From Octopus bimaculoides (lineage: Eukaryota), in assembly GCF_001194135.2 (NCBI RefSeq), contig NC_068981.1, positions 184,973,866 through 185,007,120 of the forward strand: a stretch of DNA of 33,255 bases, in the 5' to 3' direction. Within the stretch, counting starts at the first letter, position 1. The number at the start of each line of letters is the position of its first letter. This document shows positions 32,994 to 33,255 of this stretch, one piece after another. A program made the position numbers and the translations under genes. The notes below the pieces were generated by a model, which was given only the letters and a program-made list of their open reading frames with translations, was not told where the DNA came from and did not search any database.

Positions 32994-33255
32994 GCCTTTA
33001 CTGCAATAATATCGCAGAGATTGAGTAAACACCTGGAAAATAACAACCTGTTTCCAGAAGAGCAGAAGGGCAAGGGCTCATACGGCTGTAAAGATCAATT
33101 ATTGATCAATAAAGCCATAACTGAAGACAGCCGCAGAAAGAAGAAAGGCCTCAGTATGGCCTGGGTGGACTACCAAAAGGCTTTCGACAGTGTTCCCCAC
33201 ACGTGGATTCTGGAAACACTAGCCATAAACAAGGTGGCACCAATTATCATAAAAT
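32991..33255 (+). CDS. Non-LTR retrotransposon reverse transcriptase fragment, R4/Dong-like, 5'-truncated and running off the window
   Basis: 88 stop-free codons: KAFTAIISQRLSKHLENNNLFPEEQKGKGSYGCKDQLLINKAITEDSRRKKKGLSMAWVDYQKAFDSVPHTWILETL. These are RT domains 2-3, and the EEQKG..GCKDQLL and AWxDYxKAFDSVPH wording is typical of the R4 clade. It is missing from the ORF track. Confidence 0.9.

Overview
AT-rich animal (eukaryotic) genomic DNA from a draft assembly. About 5.3 kb is N, in 11 gaps, nearly all flanked by microsatellites. The SINE families and microsatellite density look cephalopod (Octopus-like) to me; this is recognition, not a database result. I can identify no host protein-coding gene with confidence, only a few short exon candidates, and nearly all long ORFs in the track are microsatellite or N artefacts. 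The window is a layered mix of mobile elements: three Penelope-like element (PLE) remnants, one reconstructable across a SINE insertion and ending in an inverted hammerhead-ribozyme-like motif; an internally deleted Tc1-type element with D36E spacing; an internally deleted Helitron with 23-aa STPR-like repeats; an R4/Dong-like LINE RT starting exactly at a (TAA)n tract; several MITEs (piggyBac-type and Tc1/mariner-type); and more than 15 tRNA-derived SINE copies. I found no evidence of a wholly new biological system. The best leads are the PLE-associated hammerhead, the D36E Tc1 element and the modular, microsatellite-carrying SINEs.
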